DNA of 64,000 bases from Gemmatimonadaceae bacterium (GCA_045803545.1 JBJMOW010000004.1:512001-576000); one strand, 5' to 3'. Shown: positions 18,912 to 29,012, counted from the stretch's first letter. Numbers and translations are program-made. Notes: generated by a model not told the origin, from the sequence alone.

Positions 18912-20011
18912 GCGTCGCTCCTGTGCCGCGCGCCGCGGAGAATGCTGCGCACTTCGGGTACCGCCATCGCGACGGCGAGAATCACCACGCCCTGCAAAAC
19001 GTCCATCATCTGCTTCGGTACGAACGCATGGATGGCGAGCCCGCCCTGTGACAGGGTCGCGAAGAAAAAGGCGGCGATGAGAACGCCAAAAGGATGGTTT
19101 CGTCCCACCAACGCGACGGCGATACCGAGGAATCCGGCGCCGCTCGCAAATCCATCTTCGTAGTAATGCTTGTAGCCGAGGACGTAGTTGATGCCGCCGA
19201 TGCCAGCAAGTACACCAGACCACGTCATCGCGCGCATCCATACTCGGCCGACACTGATGCCCCCGTACTCCGCGGCATCGGGTTGCAGCCCAACGGCGCG
19301 CAGCTCGTACCCGCCGCGCGCGCGAAACAGGTAGAACCAGACGGCGACCGCCGCGACAATCGCCACTATCAAGGAGAGATTAGCAGCCGAGCCGTGGAAA
19401 TCCGCATCGAGATTGGCAAGGCGAGGCAGGAAGCCGGCGTGAATCTCTGGTGTGTGCAGCGTCTCAGGCACGTGCAGATGTCCGGCGATGAACCAGTTGA
19501 GAAGCGCCAGCACGATGAAGTTGAGCATGATTGTCACGATCACTTCGTGCGCGCCAAATCTCGTTTTCAGATAACCTGGAACGGCGCCGACAACTCCCCC
19601 GGCGGCTCCGGCCGCAACGATGCAGATCGGCAGAGCGAGAATAAGCGGAGTTCCGATCGGGAGAACGAGACCGATCAGCGCAGCGGCGAATCCGCCCGCT
19701 GCGAGCTGACTCTCTCCTCCGATGTTGAACAATCCGGCGCGCAGGCCGAATGAGACGGCGAGTCCGGTGAAGGCGAGGGTCGTCGCTTTGTATAGAACCT
19801 GGCCGAATCCGTATGCATTGCCCCACGTCCCATCCAGCAGAAGGCGATAGACATTGGCCGGTGACTGACCATAGCTGAGGATAAGAAGGTCACCGCAGAC
19901 AAGCGCGATGAGCAGTGCGACGAATGGCGGTAACAGTGCTTCTTCGGCTCGCTCGCGCCACGGCGTCGAGGAGAAAGTCGGCGTGCCTCCAGGGAGAACC
20001 GACTCCGTCAC
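18908..20011 (-). CDS. Nucleoside-type ABC transporter permease (YufP/NupB-like)
   Basis: AGLFNIGGESQ, GAHEVIVTIMLN, GYELRAVG, GFLGIAVALVGRNHP. Confidence 0.9.
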   Translation of the reverse strand: MTESVLPGGTPTFSSTPWRERAEEALLPPFVALLIALVCGDLLILSYGQSPANVYRLLLDGTWGNAYGFGQVLYKATTLAFTGLAVSFGLRAGLFNIGGESQLAAGGFAAALIGLVLPIGTPLILALPICIVAAGAAGGVVGAVPGYLKTRFGAHEVIVTIMLNFIVLALLNWFIAGHLHVPETLHTPEIHAGFLPRLANLDADFHGSAANLSLIVAIVAAVAVWFYLFRARGGYELRAVGLQPDAAEYGGISVGRVWMRAMTWSGVLAGIGGINYVLGYKHYYEDGFASGAGFLGIAVALVGRNHPFGVLIAAFFFATLSQGGLAIHAFVPKQMMDVLQGVVILAVAMAVPEVRSILRGARHRSDA

Positions 20012-21645
20012 GCGGCAGACCCTTTTCTGGTGCCGATCATGTACTCGCCGAGTGATTCCTCGGTTGCTTCGGCAGCGGGCATTACGACTGCGAATTTCCC
20101 GCGGTACATCACCGCGATGCGGTCAGACAGAGCGAGGACCTCGTTCAGCTCAGCGCTCACCAGCAGAATCGCTTTCTCCTTTGCGCGCGCTTCGAGCAGC
20201 TGTTGATGAATGAATTCGATCGCGCCGACGTCAACGCCACGCGTAGGCTGTGAAGCGAGCAACACCGAGAAGTCACGCCCCATCTCTCTCGCCACGACGA
20301 CCTTCTGCTGATTACCGCCGGAGAGGGCGCGGGCGGGAAGAATGGGATTCGGCGGACGAATGTCGAAGGAGCTTATCTCCCGCTGCGCATTGTCCATAAC
20401 CTGATCCTTGTCGATGATGCCGCGCTTCGAGAACGCGCGCTCGAGTCCGAGAATCAGGTTGTCACCGACCGTGTACTCGAGGATCAACCCACGACGGTGA
20501 CGGTCTTCAGGAATGTGTGACAGGCCGGCGTCGTGACGTTTGGCGACACTGCGTCGCGTCACGTCGACGCCATCGATCAGCACATCACCGGCGAAAACAG
20601 AACGCAAGCCTGCGATTGCTTCTATCAGCTCGGTCTGCCCATTTCCCTCGACTCCGGCAATCCCAAGTATCTCGCCGGGCTTTACGCTGAAGCTCACCTC
20701 ATCGACGACGCGAATTCCCCGGGAGCCCATCACGGTAAGGTTGCGCACCTCGAGCCCCTGATTGGGACGCGGACTTTCCGGGCGCGCCGTCGGTTGCACG
20801 CGCTTGCCAGCGGACAGTGAGACTTCGCGTCCGACCATAAGACGGGCGATCTCCGACGGATTGGTTTGCGCAGTTTTCAGGCGAGCAACCGTCTGGCCGG
20901 CGCGCATCACGGTGATGGTGTCCGACAAATCGACTACTTCGTCGAGTCGATGGGTGATCAGCACGATGGTGTCGCCGTTGTCGCGCAAACGACGCAGCAC
21001 TGCCCACAGCTCGCGTACCTCGGGCGGAGAAAGCACCGCCGTCGGCTCGTCGAGCACCAGAATCCTGGCGCCGCGGAAAAGCACCTTGAGGATCTCGACA
21101 CGCTGAGCCTCGCCGACGGACAGATCCGAAACCAGTCGATCGGGGGCAATGACGAGTCCTGTGTCGTTCGAGAGCTCACGGACGTCGTCGGCGGCGCGAG
21201 CGTAATTCATCATCACGCCCCTCGTCTTCGGCTCGCACCCCAGCACGAGATTCTCGGCGACGGTCAGTGTCGGAACGAGCATGAAGTGCTGGTGGACGAT
21301 GCCGATTCCGGCGGCGATCGCTTCGCTGGTCGACCAGCCGGTAACGTCCTTCCCGAAGATCTCGACCTTGCCGGCATCTGGTTTCGTAAGCCCACCGAGT
21401 ATGCGCATCAACGTCGATTTGCCAGCGCCGTTCTCGCCGACGAGAGCATGGATCTCGCCGGACATCACTTCGAGCGAAGCGCCGCGGTTCGCTTTGACGG
21501 AGCCGAATGTCTTTTCGATGGCATCCAGACGGATAGCGGGAGGCGGGAGGGGGGAGGCGAGAGGCGATGACGAGGACTTCGACTCGTTTCGCCGATCTGT
21601 CGCGCCTTCCATCGCCTCCCGCCTCCCGCCTCCCTCCTCCCTCAT
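20008..21645 (-). CDS. Nucleoside-type ABC transporter ATP-binding protein with two NBDs (YufO/NupA-like)
   Basis: GENGAGKST, LDEPT, GVEGNGQ, LSGGNQQK, SQPTRGVD. Start is at 21645 or 21612; the N-terminus is made of repeats. Confidence 0.92.
   Translation of the reverse strand: MREEGGGRREAMEGATDRRNESKSSSSPLASPLPPPAIRLDAIEKTFGSVKANRGASLEVMSGEIHALVGENGAGKSTLMRILGGLTKPDAGKVEIFGKDVTGWSTSEAIAAGIGIVHQHFMLVPTLTVAENLVLGCEPKTRGVMMNYARAADDVRELSNDTGLVIAPDRLVSDLSVGEAQRVEILKVLFRGARILVLDEPTAVLSPPEVRELWAVLRRLRDNGDTIVLITHRLDEVVDLSDTITVMRAGQTVARLKTAQTNPSEIARLMVGREVSLSAGKRVQPTARPESPRPNQGLEVRNLTVMGSRGIRVVDEVSFSVKPGEILGIAGVEGNGQTELIEAIAGLRSVFAGDVLIDGVDVTRRSVAKRHDAGLSHIPEDRHRRGLILEYTVGDNLILGLERAFSKRGIIDKDQVMDNAQREISSFDIRPPNPILPARALSGGNQQKVVVAREMGRDFSVLLASQPTRGVDVGAIEFIHQQLLEARAKEKAILLVSAELNEVLALSDRIAVMYRGKFAVVMPAAEATEESLGEYMIGTRKGSAA
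21536..21645. repeat. Inverted pair of heptamer arrays, (GGGAGGC)n ... (GCCTCCC)n
   Basis: Plus strand GCGGGAGGCGGGAGGGGGGAGGCGAGAGGCGATG ... CATCGCCTCCCGCCTCCCGCCTCCCTCCTCCC. Confidence 0.75.
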
Positions 21646-22679
21646 CTAGTGCTCGGAACCTTAATCCGTCCCGCGATTATCTCCTGCTTTAGCTCTTCGA
21701 CGCGGGCGCGGGCGCTGTCGGGAATGAGCGCACGGTTGCGATTGTCGTAGATGTACCCGACACCGCCTTCCTTCAACCCGAATGAGTAAATGCCGCCCTG
21801 GAAATTGCCGTTCTCAACTCGGCGAATCACATCGAACGTCGCTGTGTTCACTCCTTTCACCATCGATGTCAGGACGTGACCGGGCGCTTCATCGTTCTGA
21901 TCTGAATCGACGCCAATGGCGAGCTTGTTCGTGGCGCGTGCTGCTTCGAATACTCCCTGTCCCGTCGCACCGGCAGCGTGGAAGATCACTTCGACGCCCT
22001 GATTGTACTGACTTAGCGCCAGCTCCTTTCCCTTGCCGGGATTCTTGAATGCATCCGGTGTCACGCCGGCGTATTGAGCGATGATCTGACAGTTTGGGCA
22101 AACTTTCAGCACACCGGCGCGGTAGCCCGCCTCGAATTTGTGAATCAGCGGAATGTCCATTCCGCCGACGAATCCGATTTTCCTGTTGTGGCTGACGAGA
22201 GCAGCCAGTGCGCCGACGAGATAAGAACCTTCTTCTTCTCGAAACTTGAGAGCGGCGACGTTCGGCGGCGGTGGTATGACCTTGCCGGTACTGTCGGTCG
22301 CCAGCGCGTAGTCGATACCGGCGAAGGCTGTCTTCGGATACTCCTTAGCGAGGTTCGCGAGATCGTCGGTGAAAATGAAGCCAACGCCGATGACGAGGTT
22401 CATTCCTTCGGCAGCGAGCAGTCTCAACCCGGCTTCACGATCGGCGCCTTCCCCGGGCTCGATGAAGCGGACGTTGGAGCCGAGCATTTTGGTCGCGCTG
22501 TCGGCGCCGGCGTAGGCGCCATCGTTGAAGGACTTGTCGCCTCGCCCCCCGACGTCCAGCACGATACCGATTTGGACTTTCGAATTTTGTTTCCCCTCTG
22601 CCTGGGCGCTCCGTCGTGTGAAAAGGAGGGCGATGTGAACGGCGAGGAAGAGGGAGGTGACGACGATCAGCTTTCTCAT
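21642..22679 (-). CDS. BMP/PnrA-family ABC substrate-binding protein (nucleoside-binding family)
   Basis: GGRGDKSFND, IGVGF, FREEEGSYLVG, GFVGGM, FHAAG.TG.GVF, IGVDSDQ, LTSMVK. Confidence 0.92.
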   Translation of the reverse strand: MRKLIVVTSLFLAVHIALLFTRRSAQAEGKQNSKVQIGIVLDVGGRGDKSFNDGAYAGADSATKMLGSNVRFIEPGEGADREAGLRLLAAEGMNLVIGVGFIFTDDLANLAKEYPKTAFAGIDYALATDSTGKVIPPPPNVAALKFREEEGSYLVGALAALVSHNRKIGFVGGMDIPLIHKFEAGYRAGVLKVCPNCQIIAQYAGVTPDAFKNPGKGKELALSQYNQGVEVIFHAAGATGQGVFEAARATNKLAIGVDSDQNDEAPGHVLTSMVKGVNTATFDVIRRVENGNFQGGIYSFGLKEGGVGYIYDNRNRALIPDSARARVEELKQEIIAGRIKVPSTR

Positions 22680-22776
22680 CTGTTGAGAAGAATCGCCCGA
22701 AACACAAGCGCGTGCAAGACAATCGGCCGCTGACAACCCCTTCAAAAGGCATCCTCCCACGCGTTGATTTCACTGC

Positions 22777-24288
22777 ATGGCAGAGCGAGTACGAACGCGC
22801 TTTTTGGTAGTGGGTAGTGGCGTTGCCGGGCTTCACACCGCCTGGCGCGCTTCGACTGGTGGCGACGTCGTGGTGCTGACAAAACGCTCGCTCTTCGACA
22901 GCGCTACAGCGTACGCGCAGGGCGGAATCGCCGCCGCACTCGGCGCTGGAGACTCGCCCGAGCTGCATCGTCAGGATACTCTGGCGGCCGGTGCGGCGCT
23001 CTGTGACTCGAAGGCCGTCGAAGTTCTGGTTGAAGAAGGACCGGCGCGCGTGCGGGAGCTGGCGACAGCCGGCGCCCACTTCGACCTCGAGCCCGGCGGC
23101 AACTTCAAGCTTGGCCGTGAAGCCGCACACTCGCGTCGTCGCATCGTTCATGCGCACGGCGATCAGACCGGCGCCGAGGTGGCGCGCACTCTGATCAAGC
23201 GCGTCAAGGAGAGCGACGACATCGAGGTATACGAGAAGACTCGCATTCTCGAACTCATCGTCGAGGGTGATGCAGTTGCTGGCGTGCGCGCGGCGGTCGC
23301 GGGGAAGCCAGTCGAATTCATTGCAGACGCCACCGTGCTCGCAACCGGTGGCTGTGGTCAGGTATTCCGCTACACCACCAATCCGCAGGTTGCTACCGGT
23401 GACGGATTCGCGATCGCGCATCGCGCGGGCGTGAAGCTCGCCGACATGGAGTTCGTACAGTTCCATCCGACGGCTCTCGACACTCCTGAGAATCCGCTGC
23501 AGCTAATCTCCGAGGCAGTACGTGGCGAAGGTGCGATTCTGATCAACGACGAAGGAAAGCGCTTCATGCTCGAGAAGCACCGCCTCGCCGAGCTTGCACC
23601 GCGGGACGTTGTCGCGCGCGAAATCTTCCGGGAGAAGATCGGTGGAAAGCATGTCTGGCTGGACGCGCGCTCACTCGGAAAGAACTTCGAGCAGCGCTTT
23701 CCGGGAATCTTCGCCATCTGCAGGGCGCGCGGCGTAAATCCGTCGACAGATCTGATCCCGGTCACCCCCGCAGCGCATTACATGATGGGCGGTATCGTCA
23801 CTGACCTGCGTGGGCGCGCGAGTCTGAATCGGTTGTATGCAGCGGGTGAGGTGTCTCGCACGGGCGTGCACGGCGCGAACAGACTGGCGTCGAACTCTTT
23901 GCTGGAAGGCCTGGTGTTCGCCGAGCGTGTGGCGCGTGACATGATCGATTGCCCGACGCTTCAGGCATCCCCACGCAAGAAAAAATGGGAAGTGCCGGTG
24001 CTGCGTGATCGCGGAGCGGCGCAGGTCGCCGCCGACAGCATCCGCCAGGTGATGTGGGACCACTGCGGCATCGATCGCAGCGCGAAGGGACTAAGGTTGG
24101 GGCTGACCAAGCTTCAGGAAATCGAATCGCGGCTGCCGACGGGCGCGACCGAAGAAGCCAACATGGTGCAGACCGCTCGGCTCATTGCCGAAGCCGCCCT
24201 GTTGAGAAAGGAGTCGCGGGGCGGCCATTATAGAAGTGATTTCCCGCGCGCCAAAAGGAAGTGGAGCGGCAAGCACATCGAATGGTAG
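22777..24288 (+). CDS. nadB: L-aspartate oxidase
   Basis: VVGSGVAGL, AYAQGGIAA, REAAHSRRRIVH, MEFVQFHPT, LISEAVRGEG, HGANRLASNSLLEG, ESRGGH. Confidence 0.96.
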   Translation: MAERVRTRFLVVGSGVAGLHTAWRASTGGDVVVLTKRSLFDSATAYAQGGIAAALGAGDSPELHRQDTLAAGAALCDSKAVEVLVEEGPARVRELATAGAHFDLEPGGNFKLGREAAHSRRRIVHAHGDQTGAEVARTLIKRVKESDDIEVYEKTRILELIVEGDAVAGVRAAVAGKPVEFIADATVLATGGCGQVFRYTTNPQVATGDGFAIAHRAGVKLADMEFVQFHPTALDTPENPLQLISEAVRGEGAILINDEGKRFMLEKHRLAELAPRDVVAREIFREKIGGKHVWLDARSLGKNFEQRFPGIFAICRARGVNPSTDLIPVTPAAHYMMGGIVTDLRGRASLNRLYAAGEVSRTGVHGANRLASNSLLEGLVFAERVARDMIDCPTLQASPRKKKWEVPVLRDRGAAQVAADSIRQVMWDHCGIDRSAKGLRLGLTKLQEIESRLPTGATEEANMVQTARLIAEAALLRKESRGGHYRSDFPRAKRKWSGKHIEW

Positions 24289-25298
24289 ATACCACGGACA
24301 AGCTGTACAAAGAACTGCAGGAAGAGATCAAGCACCTCGCGCGCGCGAGAAACGCGGTCATCCTGGCGCACAACTACGAGCGCGCGGAGGTGCAGGATGT
24401 CGCCGACTTTGTCGGCGACTCGCTGGGGCTGAGCCGCGAAGCCGCAAAGACAGAAGCCGATGTCATCGTGTTCTGTGGCGTACACTTCATGGCAGAAACC
24501 GCCGCGGTGTTGTCTCCGCAGAAGACAGTTCTTCTGCCCGATCTTGCTGCCGGCTGTTCGCTTGCAGCGACGATCGATGGTGATCAGCTGCGGCAGTGGA
24601 AGTCTGAGCATCCCGGTGCAGTCGTCGTTTCTTATGTCAACACGACTGCTGACGTGAAAGCGGAGAGTGATTATTGCTGCACGTCCGGCAACGCGGTGGA
24701 AGTCGTGAACTCCATTCCTGCCAATCAGGAGGTCCTCTTTCTTCCTGACATGTTCCTCGGCGCGCACGTGAGACGCATCACAGGCCGCAAGAACATGCAC
24801 GTGTGGATGGGTGAGTGTCACGTTCACGCTGGGATCGATCCGGAGGACATTCGGTTGCAGCGCGCCGAGCATCCGGGCGCGGAGTTTCTGATTCATCCGG
24901 AGTGCGGCTGCGCGACGAGCGTGGTGGAGGCGGTGTCGGCCGGCGACGTGGATCCGGTTGGGGTTCAGATCCTGTCGACCGAAGGGATGATCAAGCGACC
25001 GAAGATATCGACAAATGACGAGTTCATCGTCGCCACAGAGGTCGGGATTCTGCACCGGCTGCGCCGTGAGAATCCGACCAAGAAATTCCATCCGGCAAAT
25101 CGTGAGGCGGTCTGCGCGTTCATGAAGGTGACGACGCTGCCTAAAGTATTGAGATCGCTGCAGCGGATGGAGCATCGGATCACTGTGCCGGAGGATATCG
25201 CCAATCGGGCGCGCGGAGCGATCGAGCGCATGATCGCGATTGGTGGACAGACGCCGCTCTCGCCGGTTCCAGAGGCGTCGGACGACCCGGGCGAATGA
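24282..25298 (+). CDS. nadA: Quinolinate synthase
   Basis: ILAHNY, GDSL.L, FCGVHFMAETA, AGCSLA, YVNT, GECHVH, HPEC, C.FMK. Confidence 0.96.
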   Translation: MVDTTDKLYKELQEEIKHLARARNAVILAHNYERAEVQDVADFVGDSLGLSREAAKTEADVIVFCGVHFMAETAAVLSPQKTVLLPDLAAGCSLAATIDGDQLRQWKSEHPGAVVVSYVNTTADVKAESDYCCTSGNAVEVVNSIPANQEVLFLPDMFLGAHVRRITGRKNMHVWMGECHVHAGIDPEDIRLQRAEHPGAEFLIHPECGCATSVVEAVSAGDVDPVGVQILSTEGMIKRPKISTNDEFIVATEVGILHRLRRENPTKKFHPANREAVCAFMKVTTLPKVLRSLQRMEHRITVPEDIANRARGAIERMIAIGGQTPLSPVPEASDDPGE

Positions 25299-26197
25299 CC
25301 ATTCATCGTGACAAGGAGTTAGCCAAGCACGGATTCTTCTGGGAAGAAGGGCTTCACTTCCCCTTGACCAAAAAAGAGCTGACTAAGCTCGTAGCGCAGG
25401 CGCTGCAGGAAGACGACACCAAGCACGACATAACGACGGCGGCGACGGTGTTGTCGAATCGCCGAGCCCGGTGTCGGCTGGTGTCGCGACCGAGCGGAGT
25501 GATATCGGGTCTGCCGTTGGCAATAGAGGCGTTCGAGCAGCTGGACCCCGCGGTGACGGTGCGAGTAGACCATCCGGATGGGTCGCGGATCCCGGCGCAG
25601 ACGCCGGTGATGTTTCTGTCAGGGCACGCACGCGCGTTGCTATCGGCCGAGCGTGTAGCCCTCAACTTCGTGCAGAAGCTGTCGGGGATTGCGACGATGA
25701 CTGCGCGTTATGTCGACGCCGTAGCCGGCACCGGCGCGTACATTCTCGACACGCGCAAGACGACGCCGTTGTATCGTCACCTCGAGAAGTATGCAGTTCG
25801 CTGCGGCGGCGGATTGAACCACCGCATGGACCTGGCGTCTTCGGTATTGATCAAGGACAATCACCTGGCGACGGTGGAATACGACATTTTACTGGCAGTC
25901 CGACGCGCGAGAGCGCTGGCGCCGGCGGGGGTGAAGGTCGAAGTGGAGTGTGAGACGCTCGATCACGTTCGGGCAGCGCTCGATGCCGGCGTCGACGTGA
26001 TCATGTTCGACAACATGCAGCTGGTTGAGCTGCGCGAGGCGGTAAAGCTCGTAAATCGCCAGGCGGTCACGGAGGCGTCGGGCGGTGTCACACTGGATAC
26101 TGTGCGGCTGATTGCGGAGACTGGTGTCGACTGGATCTCGATTGGGGCACTGACGCACTCTTCGCCGGCTTTGAATGTCGGGTTGGACTTCGATTAG
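25295..26197 (+). CDS. nadC: Quinolinate phosphoribosyltransferase (decarboxylating)
   Basis: ERVALNF, DTRKTTP, NHRMDL, LIKDNH, EVECE, DNM, EASGG, ISIGALTHS. Confidence 0.96.
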   Translation: MTIHRDKELAKHGFFWEEGLHFPLTKKELTKLVAQALQEDDTKHDITTAATVLSNRRARCRLVSRPSGVISGLPLAIEAFEQLDPAVTVRVDHPDGSRIPAQTPVMFLSGHARALLSAERVALNFVQKLSGIATMTARYVDAVAGTGAYILDTRKTTPLYRHLEKYAVRCGGGLNHRMDLASSVLIKDNHLATVEYDILLAVRRARALAPAGVKVEVECETLDHVRAALDAGVDVIMFDNMQLVELREAVKLVNRQAVTEASGGVTLDTVRLIAETGVDWISIGALTHSSPALNVGLDFD

Positions 26198-26313
26198 GGC
26201 TGCGGACTAACAAACGGTAGGCGTCGCAGAAAGAACTCATAAGGACAGTTGGCAGCGTAGGAATGAAGGCTGAGAGTTTCATCTACCACGCCCACCCAGT
26301 GGAGTGAACGACA

Positions 26314-27951
26314 ATGGATCGTAGGGATTTCTTGCGGCTTAGCGCGGTCGGCGCTGCGCTCGGAGTCGGCGGCGTGCCGCTCGTCGGTGAACAATCTCGG
26401 TTTGGCTCGAGAACCGGCGAAGCGACGGGTTTCAACATCGCCGCGTTCGAGCTGGAAGAGGCGACGCTTGACGATCTGCAGAAGTGGATGGCGTCGGGGA
26501 GGATGACGTCGCGATCGATCACTCAGCTCTACCTGAATCGCATCGCGGCTCTGGATCGCAAAGGTCCGTCGCTCCACCACGTGATCGAGGTCAATCCCGA
26601 TGCGTTGTCGATTGCGGCATCGCTCGACCGCGAGCGTAAAGCGGGTCATGTGCGCGGGCCGCTGCACGGGATACCGGTTCTGGTCAAGGACAACGTCGAC
26701 ACCGCGGATCGGATGACGACGACAGCGGGATCACTGGCGCTGGCGGGCTCCATTCCTCTGCAGGATTCGACAGTTGCGGCGAAGCTCCGCGCAGCTGGCG
26801 TAGTGCTGCTCGGCAAAACGAACCTCAGCGAGTGGGCTAACTTCCGTTCGTCGCACTCGACCAGCGGATGGAGCGGTCGCGGCGGTCAGGCGAAGAATCC
26901 CTATGTGCTCGATCGCAATCCCTGCGGCTCGAGCTCTGGATCCGGGGGAGCCGTTTCCGCAAATCTCTGTGCAGTTGCAATCGGCACCGAGACCGATGGG
27001 TCGATCGTTTGTCCCTCGTCGACGAATGGGATCGTCGGTATCAAGCCCACTTTGGGGCTGGCCAGTCGGGCCGGAGTGATACCAATTGCCCACAGCCAGG
27101 ACACCGCCGGCCCGATGGCGAGAACGGTGCGCGATGCCGCGATTTTGTTGAACGCAATTGCCGGCGTCGACGCGCGCGACCCGGCAACTTCGGCACTGAG
27201 CGCGCGCCAGCCGGTTGACTACACCCGCTCGCTCGACGCGAATGGCCTCCGCGGCGCGAGAATTGGTGTGGCGCGCACCAAGTTCTTTGGCTACAGCGAC
27301 GTCACCGACAAAGTCATCAACGACGCAATCGATCTGATGAAGCGACAGGGCGCGGTGATCGTCGACCCGGCGAACATTGAGACCGCAGGGAAGTTCGATG
27401 ACAGCGAGTTCGACGTCCTGCTCTACGAGTTCAAGGCGGATCTGAACAACTATCTCGCGTCACTTGGCCCAAAAGCGCCGGTGAAATCGCTACAGGATAT
27501 CATTGCGTTCAACGAGGCGCACAAGGACCAGGAGATGCCCTGGTTCGGACAGGAGATCATGATCCAGGCGCAGGCGAAGGGACCGCTAACCGAGCAGAAG
27601 TACATCGACGAGCTGGCGCAGGATCTCAAGATGTCGCGCACCGATGGTATCGATGCGACTATGACCAAGTACAATCTCGATGCGATCGTCGCGCCGACCG
27701 GTGGGCCGGCGTGGGTGACGGATCTGGTCAACGGCGATCACTTCAGCGGCGCTAGCTCGACACCCGCGGCGGTGGCGGGTTATCCCAACATCAATGTCCC
27801 GGCAGGATTCTCACACGAACTGCCGATCGGGATTTCGTTTTTTGGGAGAGCGTGGAGTGAGCCGACGTTAATTCGGCTCGCTTATGCGTTTGAGCAGGCG
27901 AGCAGACATCGTCGAGCGCCAAAGTTCATTCCTACACTAGGGATATCGTAG
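26314..27951 (+). CDS. Amidase-signature family amidase with Tat signal peptide
   Basis: MDRRDFL twin-arginine signal; GPLHGIPVLVKD, GSSSGS, GTETDGSIVCPS. Confidence 0.92.
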   Translation: MDRRDFLRLSAVGAALGVGGVPLVGEQSRFGSRTGEATGFNIAAFELEEATLDDLQKWMASGRMTSRSITQLYLNRIAALDRKGPSLHHVIEVNPDALSIAASLDRERKAGHVRGPLHGIPVLVKDNVDTADRMTTTAGSLALAGSIPLQDSTVAAKLRAAGVVLLGKTNLSEWANFRSSHSTSGWSGRGGQAKNPYVLDRNPCGSSSGSGGAVSANLCAVAIGTETDGSIVCPSSTNGIVGIKPTLGLASRAGVIPIAHSQDTAGPMARTVRDAAILLNAIAGVDARDPATSALSARQPVDYTRSLDANGLRGARIGVARTKFFGYSDVTDKVINDAIDLMKRQGAVIVDPANIETAGKFDDSEFDVLLYEFKADLNNYLASLGPKAPVKSLQDIIAFNEAHKDQEMPWFGQEIMIQAQAKGPLTEQKYIDELAQDLKMSRTDGIDATMTKYNLDAIVAPTGGPAWVTDLVNGDHFSGASSTPAAVAGYPNINVPAGFSHELPIGISFFGRAWSEPTLIRLAYAFEQASRHRRAPKFIPTLGIS

Positions 27952-27954
27952 GAT

Positions 27955-28074
27955 GAGTCCGAGTTGCGAGCTGAGTCCGAGATGCGAACCTAGTCCGAGG
28001 TACGAGCCAACTACGAGCGTCGCTCGCAACTCGTAATAGGCTCGGTCTTCGGACTTAGATCGTAACTCGGACTC
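27955..28074. repeat. Composite palindrome: three 18-bp direct units followed by three inverted units
   Basis: GAGTCCGAGTTGCGAGCT/GAGTCCGAGATGCGAACC/TAGTCCGAGGTACGAGCC ... CGCTCGCAACTCGTAATA/GGCTCGGTCTTCGGACTT/AGATCGTAACTCGGACTC, between convergent genes. Confidence 0.8.
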
Positions 28075-28092
28075 GATCTACTCCCAGATCAA

Positions 28093-28941
28093 CTAACGCG
28101 TCGCCGCCTGTACGATACTCGCGGCCAACACCTTGCCCGCTTTGGACAGCGTGTATTGCACTATGGCATTCGTCGCGGCATCGCGCGCGCGTTTGACGAG
28201 ATTGCCGGCGGCATCGGTGGCCTGACTAAGCACTGGTAGCTGAGTGATGTTGCCGACGACTTTCTCGGCGGCGTTCTGGCCGGCGGCGGTGACTGCCTTC
28301 TCGAGAATGTTACCGGTGGCGGGATCGATCAGGCGCTGAACGCCATTGACGGTTCCCATCAGCAATCGATTCACCAGTCCACCGACGGCACCAACGGTGT
28401 TCTGCAACGTGCTGCCGAGTTGCTGCACGATCTCGGGATGGTTGTCGAGGAAAGTCAGCGTGTTATCGACGATGTAGTAGACGTCGTCGAGATCGACGAG
28501 CAGCAGAGCCTGCGCGCGCACACCCTGAATTGTCAGATCGACATTGCCGATCAGAACGTCGGCGCCCGCATCGACGCGCACGAGATTGGCGACCCGCGCG
28601 TTGAGATTGAGCTTCGCCGTCACGCTATCGACTTTGAGAAAGATTCTCTGGACACAGAGATTCGGAATGTCGAGCACCACGTCGTATTCCGGATACTCGT
28701 GTGAGCGCCCAGTTCCACCGGTGACCTGCGCAGCGCCGGCAACGCCGCCCGCGGCTCGCTGCGCAGCGAGACTGTCAACACGTAATCCTCTATTGAACGC
28801 GCGCGCGGAGTCGGTCGGCTGACACTGCCATGGTTGTCCGGCGCCTGGTCGCGTCGCAGTTCGCTGTTGCGCGAAAGTGATCGACGGGGCCAGTGCTGCT
28901 ACTGTCAGCACTGAGGTGACGACACGCGTGGTGGTGCGCAT
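28093..28941 (-). CDS. Secreted hypothetical protein A: amphipathic beta-strand core plus C-terminal beta-hairpin repeats
   Basis: Sec signal ending TFA-Q; AGAGGA RBS; core DVVLDIPNL..VDLDDV..LDNHP is paralogous to the 30202 gene. Confidence 0.85.
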   Translation of the reverse strand: MRTTTRVVTSVLTVAALAPSITFAQQRTATRPGAGQPWQCQPTDSARAFNRGLRVDSLAAQRAAGGVAGAAQVTGGTGRSHEYPEYDVVLDIPNLCVQRIFLKVDSVTAKLNLNARVANLVRVDAGADVLIGNVDLTIQGVRAQALLLVDLDDVYYIVDNTLTFLDNHPEIVQQLGSTLQNTVGAVGGLVNRLLMGTVNGVQRLIDPATGNILEKAVTAAGQNAAEKVVGNITQLPVLSQATDAAGNLVKRARDAATNAIVQYTLSKAGKVLAASIVQAATR

Positions 28942-29012
28942 ATGCAGATCCTCTGGACGGAACGACGCCGGACTCGTCTCACATCACAACCCGACTAACG
29001 TCGAATGCGAAT

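Noticed and set aside
22435..23466. Long antisense ORFs (this one, also 12005-13000, 24228-25175, 57828-58694, 61813-62736)
   Set aside because: They are shadow frames opposite well-supported genes, expected in high-GC DNA, and have no recognisable motifs.
27955..28074. Possible mini CRISPR array
   Set aside because: The units are 18 bp, abut without unique spacers, invert halfway, and no cas genes are present.
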